IMG/VR virus record: IMGVR_UViG_3300023082_000067
Location: 1 to 12,860 of that record
DNA from: a virus
Strand: one strand, 5' to 3'
Length of the DNA: 12,860 nt
Shown: one piece after another, positions 1-8,042 of the stretch
How positions within the stretch are numbered: the first letter of the stretch is position 1
Layout: every line of letters starts with the position of its first letter
The notes under the pieces: generated by a model
The model's database searches: none
What the model saw: only the letters and a program-made list of their open reading frames with translations
What the model was told of the DNA's origin: nothing
Position numbers and translations under genes: made by a program

Positions 1-127
1 ATAGCGCTTGCAGGTTCCATACTATTCTCTCCTTAGTTACAGGGTAACACCGTTAACCCGAGTCCAATAACCAGTAGCACCGTTACCATGCCATACGAAT
101 ATTTTACCGAAGTCAGGGGCTGCATAT
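1..127. repeat. terminal direct repeat, copy 1 (identical to 12734-12860)
   Basis: Base-by-base comparison: atagcgcttgcaggttccatac...ggggctgcatat occurs at both ends. It contains the first 20 nt of the 76-aa gene and the last 91 nt of the fibre gene. Confidence 0.95.
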
Positions 128-1596
128 TGATCCCCAATAACAGCAGTAAAGATATTGTAAACACCGTCAACAGCAGTGCTAACGTCAATATAACCAGTCT
201 CAGAGCCAGCAGGTACGTTACCACCACTAGGAGCAGAAGTAGACTTGAGTGCAGTACCAAACCAATAACGGCCCGGTGGTACAAGGTTACGTTGTGCTTC
301 TGTACCCGTCTGAATAATACCAATAAGCCCACCAGTAATACCGCTAATGGTTACAAGTGCAGCACTAGCAGCTTGGTTAGGGTTGAGGTTAGGCCAGTTA
401 GCAAACACAGAACCGTTATAGTTAATACCAGTCTTACCAGTTGGGAAACCTACAGCAGCAGCACCAACAGAACGCCAAGTAACAGTGCTACCGCTAATAG
501 TCCAAATGTAAGTGTTAACAGGGTTGGTAAAAGTAGTTACAATTGCAGTTTGGTTAGTTGCATTGAGTCTTACAATTTCCACTTGTCCCGGTTGACTAGC
601 AAAAGGAGCACCAGTGAAAGCCCCAGCAGGGAACCAGTATTGACCAACAGGCAAAGCGTTAATACCCGCTTGTGTTGCAAACAGTGCAGCACCTTCTACA
701 AAGTCACCCTCTACATACTGACCAAAGCGGCTAAGTTGTGCAGCTTCGTTAGGGTTGGACAAAGGCCAAGCTGTAATGTTTACATAACCAGTTCCGGGGT
801 CATATTGAACTGTTGGAATAGGGTAGCCAGCAGTAGAAGCCGGAACACTGCCCCAAGTACCGTCACCTTTCAATACAGTGGTGCTAGAAGCAGTACCAGT
901 ACCCAAACGAGCAGTACCAAACACACCAGAAGTAATGTCAGCAGCAGCAAGCGTAACAACACCAGTCTTACCAGCAACAGAACGAACAGGAGCGTCAGAG
1001 GCAGTTACAAAGCCAGCACCGTTAGTAAGTTGGTTAGTGTTGGTTGGAATTACAGTGTTACCGGGCATAGCTTGGTTAGCAGCAGTACCAACAATAGGAG
1101 CAAAGGTAGTTGGTTTCCCTGTTACCTCAGTCCAAGTAGGAACATAGCTAGCGTCTTTAGCGCCTACGTCAGCAGCGTCTAGAACAACAACACCCACTTG
1201 ACCGTTTACGCTCTCAACGTCTCCACCACCACCCCCACCGCCTACAACAACAGCCCATTCAGCGTTCTGACGTGCATACTGTTGCCCGTCTACAGGTGCT
1301 TCCTCAAGAATGACACTAGCGGCTAGGTTGTCGGCAATAGACTGTGCTCTGTCGGCTTGGTCACTAGACTCCTGTGCAAAGCCATTAGCGTTAATTGCTT
1401 CTTGTATTGCAGTGTTAGCATTAGTTTCAGCTTGAGCTTGTGCAATTTCTGCATTAGCCTCAGCCAGTTGTGCAGCAGCTACACTTTCTTGAACATTGTC
1501 AGCACCAGCAGTAATGGTTGCTACGTCAGTTTCAAGGGTGTTAGTTGCTGTAGTAATACGCACAATAAGCGCGTCAAAGTCAGCATTAGTTGCCAT
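37..1596 (-). CDS. tail fibre / receptor-binding protein (519 aa)
   Basis: ATG at 1596 overlaps the upstream stop (TAATG). Ala/Gln-rich coiled-coil N-terminus, then EAPVDGQQYARQNAEWAVV and a Gly7 linker. Two copies of the fibre-type motif (VESVNGQVGVVVLDAADVGA, VRSVAGKTGVVTLAAADI), plus VLKGDGTWGSVP. Two tandem related C-terminal domains. Confidence 0.75.
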   Translation of the reverse strand: MATNADFDALIVRITTATNTLETDVATITAGADNVQESVAAAQLAEANAEIAQAQAETNANTAIQEAINANGFAQESSDQADRAQSIADNLAASVILEEAPVDGQQYARQNAEWAVVVGGGGGGGDVESVNGQVGVVVLDAADVGAKDASYVPTWTEVTGKPTTFAPIVGTAANQAMPGNTVIPTNTNQLTNGAGFVTASDAPVRSVAGKTGVVTLAAADITSGVFGTARLGTGTASSTTVLKGDGTWGSVPASTAGYPIPTVQYDPGTGYVNITAWPLSNPNEAAQLSRFGQYVEGDFVEGAALFATQAGINALPVGQYWFPAGAFTGAPFASQPGQVEIVRLNATNQTAIVTTFTNPVNTYIWTISGSTVTWRSVGAAAVGFPTGKTGINYNGSVFANWPNLNPNQAASAALVTISGITGGLIGIIQTGTEAQRNLVPPGRYWFGTALKSTSAPSGGNVPAGSETGYIDVSTAVDGVYNIFTAVIGDQYAAPDFGKIFVWHGNGATGYWTRVNGVTL

Positions 1597-2105
1597 TAAG
1601 TTAATTCCTCTATTACTATTGGTGTGAGTTGGTGAAGCTCTCTAATTACAGCTTCAAACATGTCTACAAGTTCAGGGAATGGAACAGGTTCACCCAATGG
1701 GCTACCTTCTGGCCCCGGTTGGTCTGTAGTTGTGTATAAGCAGTCAAACTGAAAGTGTTTAGGTGCTCTACCGGCTTTGGTGTAGTCCTTAGAAGCAATA
1801 ATTACATACCAGCCTTCTTGTTGCCCTACTTGACTGTTACCACTCACCCAAGCATAAGTTTTAACTTGTGTTGCTTGTGGGGGTAAGTCACCGTATGCAG
1901 GAAGGTCACGAAGGTATAAGGTTCTGTAATTCTTGTAACTAGTGCCATAGTCAGCAAGGCTAAACATTGTTCCTTGTTTGAATGGTTGAATGTTACCCTT
2001 TACAAAGAATGGTTCTGTGGTGAAGGTTTGAAAGTCACCGTCAACATAGTAGCCATAGGTTGTAACAAAGGGAACCCAGTTTCTATAGAATGCTGCAATG
2101 CTCAT
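1596..2105 (-). CDS. hypothetical virion protein (169 aa), possible head-tail joining or neck component
   Basis: ATGA overlap with the terL stop and TAATG overlap with the fibre start, so it is translationally coupled between terminase and fibre. Looks beta-rich. No motif I can name. Confidence 0.7.
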   Translation of the reverse strand: MSIAAFYRNWVPFVTTYGYYVDGDFQTFTTEPFFVKGNIQPFKQGTMFSLADYGTSYKNYRTLYLRDLPAYGDLPPQATQVKTYAWVSGNSQVGQQEGWYVIIASKDYTKAGRAPKHFQFDCLYTTTDQPGPEGSPLGEPVPFPELVDMFEAVIRELHQLTPIVIEELT

Positions 2106-3595
2106 AGTAGCGTACTACCTCCCAAGCGTTTATATTGTGTTGAGTTCTGGTTAATACGAATAGTAGGAATTAAACTACCACCCGTTAGCATGTTGTAGCA
2201 GCTAGCCACGGCATCGACGATATCGTCATGTTGTCCGCTACAGTTATTACCGTCGAACGCTTCCATTTCTGCATAGTGTTCTTTAGTAAACACACCGGGA
2301 GCTACAAACACTTTCCCTTCTTGTAAAGCAATTAGAAAGTTCTCGGCTCGTGCCAACTTGCCCTTTCTTGTACTGTCTAGCACCACCTTATGACCTAATG
2401 CAGTCAAGCGGGCTTTCTTCTGGTCTGCTACCACCCTACCAGACGCACCAGCGTCAACAGGAATGGTTACATAGGTTTCTCTACCGTCTTCTTTAGCAGT
2501 GTTCTCAATTAGAGCCTGTACCATTGCTGGCCCGTCTCTGAGGCTTACCATATTCAGAATGTAGAAGTATCCAGCGTTCTTGTCATAAGTGGCCTTAATA
2601 CCCCGAGTCCAGTCAGGATCTTTGTTCCCTGCATGGGGTTTTGTACTAGCTAGGTCATAACTGCGAACAGTGGGCAAACCTAGTGGTATTTCTCTCAAGC
2701 TCACTTCTTTGAATTCGTCACGGTCAATATATCCGTCACCCTCAGTTTTAATAAACCAGTTGCCGAGCAGGTAGCGAGCGCGGTCTACAGTTTTCAAGTT
2801 CTCAAGTTTATGAACGTACTGTGGGAGGTGCTTACGAACATAGGGGTTATCGTAGACATTTGCCGAGTAATAAACGAACTTGAGGTGCATTGCGGCTTGT
2901 TCCTTACCTACCTCAGCTACCATGTCTTCAAACGTTTTCCACCACCTAAATTCCCCAGCAACTTGCAACATATACGTGGTTACACCGTCCCTCTCTTTAA
3001 TTGCATAACCGTCTTCACCTACATAGCCAGCATTAACAAGCCAAGTGCAAAGGAAGCTGGTATTCAGAGGGTTACAAGTAAGGCGTAGTTGGTGTTTCTG
3101 TTTACTCTTGGAACGTAACCTTGACGTCAAAAACCAGACGTCTTCTTCTTGACACTGTTGGCTTTCGTCTACCAGACATTCAGTCATTTGTGACCCATGC
3201 CAGTCGTCTTGGTTATTGAACAAGTGGTGACACTTAACCTCAGCACCAGACGGGAAAGCCCAACTACTTTCAATTTTGTTTGACGTAATGTTGTATGGTG
3301 CAAACAAGCGTATGCCTGTACTCCACAAACTACCCGCCATTTTCATTTGCTTTTGACTAGCCCGAGCTACACCAGCAACATAGTTCTTATCCCACATACC
3401 AGCGAGCATAAGACGAATTAAACTTAACTGTGTCTTACCTGCCGAAGCAGCCCCACCCCACACTACAATGTCATGCACGTTATCATTGAGGTAGGTTTCT
3501 TGTTTAATTGACAGCGGACATAGAATTTCAATTTCTTCTAGGTCTTCTTGTGTTAGGTGAAACGTGTAATTAAACTCTCTTTTTGCCTTAGCCAT
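2102..3595 (-). CDS. terL: terminase large subunit (497 aa)
   Basis: Walker A VVWGGAASAGKTQ and Walker B CLVDESQQ. C-terminal RNaseH-like nuclease signatures IPVDAGASG and HDDIVDAVASCY. GAGG RBS 8 nt upstream of the ATG at 3595. Confidence 0.95.
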   Translation of the reverse strand: MAKAKREFNYTFHLTQEDLEEIEILCPLSIKQETYLNDNVHDIVVWGGAASAGKTQLSLIRLMLAGMWDKNYVAGVARASQKQMKMAGSLWSTGIRLFAPYNITSNKIESSWAFPSGAEVKCHHLFNNQDDWHGSQMTECLVDESQQCQEEDVWFLTSRLRSKSKQKHQLRLTCNPLNTSFLCTWLVNAGYVGEDGYAIKERDGVTTYMLQVAGEFRWWKTFEDMVAEVGKEQAAMHLKFVYYSANVYDNPYVRKHLPQYVHKLENLKTVDRARYLLGNWFIKTEGDGYIDRDEFKEVSLREIPLGLPTVRSYDLASTKPHAGNKDPDWTRGIKATYDKNAGYFYILNMVSLRDGPAMVQALIENTAKEDGRETYVTIPVDAGASGRVVADQKKARLTALGHKVVLDSTRKGKLARAENFLIALQEGKVFVAPGVFTKEHYAEMEAFDGNNCSGQHDDIVDAVASCYNMLTGGSLIPTIRINQNSTQYKRLGGSTLL

Positions 3596-3619
3596 TAGTT
3601 AGCCTCAAATTGTAGAAAC

Positions 3620-3656
3620 AAAAAAGGGGAAAGGAGCGGTTTAGACTCCCCTCCCC
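3620..3656 (-). terminator. strand-specific rho-independent terminator after the capsid gene
   Basis: Minus-strand RNA GGGGAGGGGAG-UCUAAACCG-CUCCUUUCCCC followed by U6. This is an 11-bp stem with two G-U pairs. On the plus strand those pairs become A-C mismatches, so it works only for minus-strand transcripts. Confidence 0.8.
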
Positions 3657-3667
3657 TATAGGACTAG

Positions 3668-4672
3668 TTACGCACCAACAGTAAGGGCAACAGTTGCACC
3701 GAATTGTTCGTTAATAACCAGAGTGCTTTGCTCAGACTCTACTTCAACGTAACGGTCTTTCGGGTCACGGTAGGTAGAAGCGAAACGACGCGAACCAACA
3801 CCACCCAAACCAGACAGGGTAGAAGCTGGGCCGTAGAACGAAACACCCAGTTCAGTACGTGGAACCAGAACGCCAGCACCGTCAGCCAGAACTTCAACAA
3901 CAGCACCAGTCTTAGTGGTGAAGGTGTCGTCATACAGAACTACGTCAACGTTGCCGAAACGGAACATGGTGTAACCGTTAGCTACAGAACCAAGCTCGTT
4001 ACGCAGTGGGTTGCCCGAAGCCTGAGAGAACTGGTAGGCAGTGGCAACGTCTGGGCTTGCAATAATTTCAGCAAACATTTCAGCAGAAGCAAACAGAATG
4101 TAACCCTGAATACGACCGCCATTCATGAGGCCAGCACGGCTTTGAGCTTGAGCAGCACGCAGGTCAGCCAGAACAGTAGCAGAGCTAATAGTACCGGTAG
4201 GACGTGCAACACCGAACTCAGTAGCCATGTTAATGGTGCCGTAGTTGGTAGTAACAACAACACCGTTCAAGGTCATTTGAGCTTTCAGGTATTCTTCATG
4301 TACGTCATGACGCATTGCTTGACGTTCAAGTTCTTGTGCAACAGCTTGAGCAACAATTGCTTCACCTTCGCTACCGAATGCACGAACTCCAGCCAGTTTT
4401 TCACGGCCAAGAGTTTTAACAATTGGGTAGTGCGGAATAGCCAGAGTGTGAATGTCAAAAGGGCTGTCTTCGGTGCTGTTCTTCTGTGCTACGTTGCGCA
4501 GGTGGTCGTCCAGAATAGCCAAGCTATTTTCACGAACGTCAAAGCTAACAGCGTCAGTACGAACAGTTTCACCACGGTACAGACCAAGGGAACCAATAAG
4601 GCCGGGTTGAAACGGAATACGTTCAATGGCGGAAGTTTGGTCTACAACTTGGGTGTTATTCAGAATAGGCAT
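3668..4672 (-). CDS. major capsid protein, HK97 fold, lambda gpE-like (334 aa)
   Basis: Size, position after the scaffold and decoration genes, and overall resemblance to the phage major capsid protein E family (N-terminal PILNNTQV...IERIPFQPGLIGSLGLY, C-terminal STLVINEQFGATVALTV). AAGGA RBS, and followed by a strong terminator. Confidence 0.88.
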   Translation of the reverse strand: MPILNNTQVVDQTSAIERIPFQPGLIGSLGLYRGETVRTDAVSFDVRENSLAILDDHLRNVAQKNSTEDSPFDIHTLAIPHYPIVKTLGREKLAGVRAFGSEGEAIVAQAVAQELERQAMRHDVHEEYLKAQMTLNGVVVTTNYGTINMATEFGVARPTGTISSATVLADLRAAQAQSRAGLMNGGRIQGYILFASAEMFAEIIASPDVATAYQFSQASGNPLRNELGSVANGYTMFRFGNVDVVLYDDTFTTKTGAVVEVLADGAGVLVPRTELGVSFYGPASTLSGLGGVGSRRFASTYRDPKDRYVEVESEQSTLVINEQFGATVALTVGA

Positions 4673-4701
4673 TATTTATTTTTCCTTAGTATTAATTTAA
4701 A

Positions 4702-5028
4702 TTACTTGTTAACTACAACAATGCCAGCGTCAGCAAAGGCAGCGTCATGAGTTGCAGCTACATAGCCAACAAGGGCTTGAGCGTTTACAGTGGTAGGGTT
4801 GCCGCGAGTCATGAGACGTACACGAGTACCAATTGCCCACTGACCAGAGCCGTTAACAGCAGAAGGGAACACAGCAGTACCAACAATAGCGAAACCGCCG
4901 TTGTAAGCAACAACTTGACCAGACACAGCAGCAACAGCCAAAGCAACTTCGTCAAACGGTACGTTATAGTCACCATTCATTTGTACAATGAAGTCTTCTT
5001 GAGCACCAACAGTAGCGATAATAGGCAT
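4702..5028 (-). CDS. small head protein, probable decoration or cement protein (108 aa)
   Basis: Gly/Ala/Val-rich small protein encoded directly upstream of the capsid gene. It shares an almost identical ~30-nt translation initiation region with the capsid gene, and both proteins start MPI. TAATG overlap with the scaffold stop. Confidence 0.55.
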   Translation of the reverse strand: MPIIATVGAQEDFIVQMNGDYNVPFDEVALAVAAVSGQVVAYNGGFAIVGTAVFPSAVNGSGQWAIGTRVRLMTRGNPTTVNAQALVGYVAATHDAAFADAGIVVVNK

Positions 5029-5387
5029 TATTTATTTCCTTTGTATTTTTCAGAGAGGTAAGAGTCAACAAGGTTTTCGCCTTCGTCGGCGGTGTTGTCT
5101 TGTTGGTCTTGTTTCGTTTCAGGGTTAGTTTCTTTCTTGAACCAGTCACCACCACTAATGGTTTCGATCTGGCGTTCTTTCGTTTCCAGCAGTTCAAAGA
5201 CTGTGTTAAAACCTTCTTGGCCTTGCAGTTTCATAAAGACTGGGGCAAGTTCGTTAACTAGTTCTTCGTCGTACACAATGCCCTTGAGGCGTTGTTTAAT
5301 TTGCTCCTCAAGAGCACCTTTGTTTTCGTCTGCTTTCTTGTTAGCACTCCCCAAGAGGCGTTCTAACAGACTCGGTTTTTCACTCAT
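5028..5387 (-). CDS. scaffolding protein (119 aa)
   Basis: Highly charged, apparently helical and acidic protein (EEQIKQRLKGIVYDEELVNELAPVFMKLQ...) between the portal and capsid genes. No protease gene is present. Confidence 0.6.
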   Translation of the reverse strand: MSEKPSLLERLLGSANKKADENKGALEEQIKQRLKGIVYDEELVNELAPVFMKLQGQEGFNTVFELLETKERQIETISGGDWFKKETNPETKQDQQDNTADEGENLVDSYLSEKYKGNK

Positions 5388-5774
5388 TTAAATATACCTG
5401 TTTGCGAATTGTGAACACTCACCACCAAAAGCCTTGTCAAAGTCATTCCAGTTCTTACGGTCACTACGGAGAATGACGGGAACCTTTGCACCAGTGCGGC
5501 GACCTTGCAAACTAACAAGACGTGCAGTCAGTGCTTCGACTAGAGGGCCAGTTTCACTAGCGTCTCCAATTTGCCAACGCTGTGGGCTTAGAGCAATGTT
5601 ATTAATAATACTTTCCAGTGCCATTATTGAACCGTCAATAACGCTGTTACCTGCAAGCTCATAAAAGTAAACATAAATGGAGTCTTCCAAATACGGTTCG
5701 TCTTCTATGAAGTCACCAGTGTTCAAACGCATTTGGTCAACAAAGTTACTGGGGTCAAGGTTTGTACTAGCCAT
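5388..5774 (-). CDS. hypothetical head protein (128 aa), possible gp6-like head-tail adaptor
   Basis: Trimmed from the 201-aa track ORF to the ATG at 5774, which sits inside AATGGCTAG overlapping the portal stop and has an AGGGGG RBS 7 nt upstream. The N-terminal pattern FVDQMRLNTGDFIEDEPYLEDSIYVYFYELAGNSV is reminiscent of connector proteins. Confidence 0.6.
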   Translation of the reverse strand: MASTNLDPSNFVDQMRLNTGDFIEDEPYLEDSIYVYFYELAGNSVIDGSIMALESIINNIALSPQRWQIGDASETGPLVEALTARLVSLQGRRTGAKVPVILRSDRKNWNDFDKAFGGECSQFANRYI

Positions 5775-7050
5775 TGTTAACCCCCTTTGCAGGTAGCAAC
5801 TCGGTATAGTCAGCTTTAGGGGCGTCTCCAGCTTCACGAATGAACGTCTCAAGCCCTTTGTCAGCAGTAACAGCGCCAGCGGTAACAAGACGGCTCCAGC
5901 CTTCTGTGAACTCTGTCCAGTCAAGCGGTTGCACTGGTTCAAATTCAAGACTAGGCACACGGTCAAGTGGCAAACCATTAAGTTCATAGGCAATACGAAC
6001 AGCCTTCTTAAACTCTTGACTAATTACCCGTTGAATGTTTTCAATAAACAGCGTCATAAGGTATGTGCTGTTGTCTGACAGAGCGAAAGAACCACCTCCT
6101 TCAGCGCCCATACTCAGAACCATAGTTTGAAGGCTAAGTTGAATTTCTTGGTTATACCGTGCAATGGCTTGACCAACGTTGTAGTTTTGAGCGTTACCGC
6201 CATTACCACCAACAGTAGTAATTTCAAACATACGAACGCCATTCTGTTGTGTGTCACTAGCAGACAGAATGTAAGAGCCTTTACCAGCATGAAGCATTTC
6301 AGCTTGTGTCAGAAGGTTAGCTACATAAATAGCTTCTTCACTGTTTGGTTCAGCGTAAAACTTGTTAATGTATTCAGACGGTACTTTAATGTCTAGAACA
6401 CCAGAAAGGTTTTTAGCAACACCAATAGCTTCATACTCTTGCAGGATCTTTTTAGCCTTCCATGCTGTATATGCACCGTACAACAAACTTTTACCAAGTG
6501 GGAAGTCTGAGTCTGGTTCTACACGGAAAAACAAAACCTTGTCACCGTTAATGTTCTTTTGTTCAGTACCAACGTTAACAAGTAGTCCGTCATTGTCAGG
6601 ACTTGACAGTTTCAACCTTTTGAGTCGCCCACCGTCCATTTCAAACTTTTCAACTGAGGTTAGGTGAATAGGGGAAATTGTTTTAAATACGAACTTACCG
6701 CCTACACGTTCACACACAACTTCATTCAAGCTGCAACCGTAGTCAAGCATTTGCAACCAGTTAGAAATAAGTCTCTTTTTGTCGTAGTCTTCCATTGTTT
6801 CCAAAGAAAGGTTCAGAGCGTCAATTAAGGCTTTCTCTTGCTGGTTACTGTCTACGTGGTATGCAATTTGATAGTTACCTTTACTGAGTACCGCTTTAAT
6901 GAAACTCATGCTACCGGAAATAATACCGTCTAGTTTCATGTCTCTGTAAGTGTAAAAGGCTTTGTTAACCGAAAGGTCAGACTTACCAAGTTGTAATACT
7001 GTGTTCTCTACGTGTAGTGGCTGGCTCTGTTGAGTCAGGTTAGCCGCCAA
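5767..7050 (-). CDS. portal protein (427 aa), Mu gp29/DUF935-like
   Basis: Size, position and portal-like sequence (YRDMKLDGIISGSMSFIKAVLSKGNYQI..., a Gly-rich tunnel-loop-like GGNGGNAQN, MGAEGGGSFA). The start is TTG at 7050, with GGAG 9 nt upstream. The first in-frame ATG is 37 codons further in. Confidence 0.88.
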   Translation of the reverse strand: MAANLTQQSQPLHVENTVLQLGKSDLSVNKAFYTYRDMKLDGIISGSMSFIKAVLSKGNYQIAYHVDSNQQEKALIDALNLSLETMEDYDKKRLISNWLQMLDYGCSLNEVVCERVGGKFVFKTISPIHLTSVEKFEMDGGRLKRLKLSSPDNDGLLVNVGTEQKNINGDKVLFFRVEPDSDFPLGKSLLYGAYTAWKAKKILQEYEAIGVAKNLSGVLDIKVPSEYINKFYAEPNSEEAIYVANLLTQAEMLHAGKGSYILSASDTQQNGVRMFEITTVGGNGGNAQNYNVGQAIARYNQEIQLSLQTMVLSMGAEGGGSFALSDNSTYLMTLFIENIQRVISQEFKKAVRIAYELNGLPLDRVPSLEFEPVQPLDWTEFTEGWSRLVTAGAVTADKGLETFIREAGDAPKADYTELLPAKGVNNG

Positions 7051-7056
7051 TGTTTG

Positions 7057-7308
7057 TTACTCCTGTTGTTGTAGGTCTTTGGTTAGTTTGTCTAGCCACC
7101 GTTCCCACGTCATTGTGTAGCAGCCACCAAACTTGACGTACTGTTGCGTAGAACGCCACAAGTATTCCAAGTCATAAGGGTGGTTAGCCAACATGTAACG
7201 TAGGTATTCTTTCAATTCAGGGCTAGGTGTTTTGGTACATTCCTTGTTACTGAAACAGTGCAAGGGAATGTCTTTAAGAGTCTTATAAGGACTTGTCTGT
7301 TTACTCAA
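7057..7308 (-). CDS. hypothetical protein (83 aa)
   Basis: ORF coupled to the upstream gene by a TTGA overlap (TTG start at 7308). It ends 6 nt before the portal start. Trp/Tyr-rich, with no recognisable motif. The first internal ATG is at codon 39. Confidence 0.55.
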   Translation of the reverse strand: MSKQTSPYKTLKDIPLHCFSNKECTKTPSPELKEYLRYMLANHPYDLEYLWRSTQQYVKFGGCYTMTWERWLDKLTKDLQQQE

Positions 7309-7817
7309 TGTAGTGTTTCCTTTACTGGAATAAGTTTCCCTAGTTTGACAAACACTTTAATGTCAATATTCACACCTTCACTGCGGTCATAGGTGCGGCC
7401 AAACTTACGGTTCATAGCTTCAACTGGTGCAGTAGTACCAAAGAATTTAAGACGTGCTTTGTTCTCTTTTACATAGGCTTTAAGGTCAGCACTCAGAACA
7501 ACAACCCATTGTGCTTTCCCTTCCCACCACACTTGCCACATGTAATAGTCACTTTCATTCTTGACAAAGCAACCCGGTTGTGTTGCACCGTTACGAGTGT
7601 TAATGGTCAGCAATTCAATTTGTACGTTCTTGTATGCCTTGGAACCGCTCAAGCTGTCTTTCACAGAACAGGACTTGACAGAGCCGTCACGAGCTGGCAC
7701 CATTACGTCAATGTCTTTGTATTGAAGTGCAAGTTCAGTCACCAACGTTCCCTTGAACTGTTGTGCTGCTACGTGCTCAGCGTTAAAACCTTTACCGTCA
7801 AAATGTACATTACTCAT
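7305..7817 (-). CDS. hypothetical protein (170 aa), first gene of the morphogenesis block, weak PD-(D/E)xK-like pattern
   Basis: ATG at 7817 with a GGAGGG RBS. The spacing of E14, D35/D37 and S51-V-K53 resembles a restriction-endonuclease-like core, but the acidic residue of the ExK motif is Ser. Confidence 0.75.
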   Translation of the reverse strand: MSNVHFDGKGFNAEHVAAQQFKGTLVTELALQYKDIDVMVPARDGSVKSCSVKDSLSGSKAYKNVQIELLTINTRNGATQPGCFVKNESDYYMWQVWWEGKAQWVVVLSADLKAYVKENKARLKFFGTTAPVEAMNRKFGRTYDRSEGVNIDIKVFVKLGKLIPVKETLH

Positions 7818-7855
7818 TGTTTCTTACCCTCCAAAGGGTTAGTATTAAATAGTGT

Positions 7856-7870
7856 GGGGGTCATGCCCCC
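7856..7870 (-). promoter_or_regulatory. GC hairpin upstream of the 170-aa gene
   Basis: GGGGG-tcatg-CCCCC lies about 20 nt upstream of the TAATACTAACC motif and the RBS. There is no clear U tract. Confidence 0.35.
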
Positions 7871-7896
7871 TATTGGTTTAAAAACGTTTGGACACG

Positions 7897-7918
7897 ACAA
7901 AACCCCCAAGAAGGAGGT
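7897..7918 (-). terminator. candidate terminator or attenuator closing the early unit
   Basis: Minus-strand RNA ACCUCC-UUCUU-GGGGGU followed by UUUGU. The stem is 6 bp including one G-U pair, and the U tract is short. Confidence 0.35.
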
Positions 7919-7972
7919 TATTTAGTTCGTGTATTACTACAGGTCTAAATAAAGTTTAGTTGAATTCGCGGT

Positions 7973-8015
7973 ATAGGCACCACACTAACCATGTCCTATA
8001 CATAGGCACCATACT
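7973..8015. repeat. direct repeat pair ATAGGCACCA(C/T)ACT
   Basis: The 14-mers at 7973-7986 and 8002-8015 differ at one position and start 29 bp apart. They sit in non-coding DNA just after the 52-aa ORF. Confidence 0.7.
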
Positions 8016-8042
8016 GTGCCCCTCTCCACCACTTGCAGACAG

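Noticed and set aside
88-1182. 364-aa plus-strand ORF antisense to the fibre gene
   Set aside because: It is in the codon-aligned antisense frame (both frames start at positions congruent to 1 mod 3). Stops there arise only from sense codons TTA, CTA and TCA, which the fibre gene avoids. The product is low-complexity and S/T/N/R-rich, has no RBS, and is fully covered by a well-supported gene.
3704-4750. 348-aa plus-strand ORF antisense to the capsid and decoration genes
   Set aside because: Same explanation: a codon-aligned antisense frame of highly biased genes, with S/T/N/V-rich junk-like composition and no RBS.
5775-5993. N-terminal 73-codon extension of the 201-aa track ORF
   Set aside because: It lies entirely inside the portal gene in another frame and has Cys/Leu-rich junk composition. 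An internal ATG at 5774 with an AGGGGG RBS, overlapping the portal stop, gives a sensible 128-aa coupled gene.
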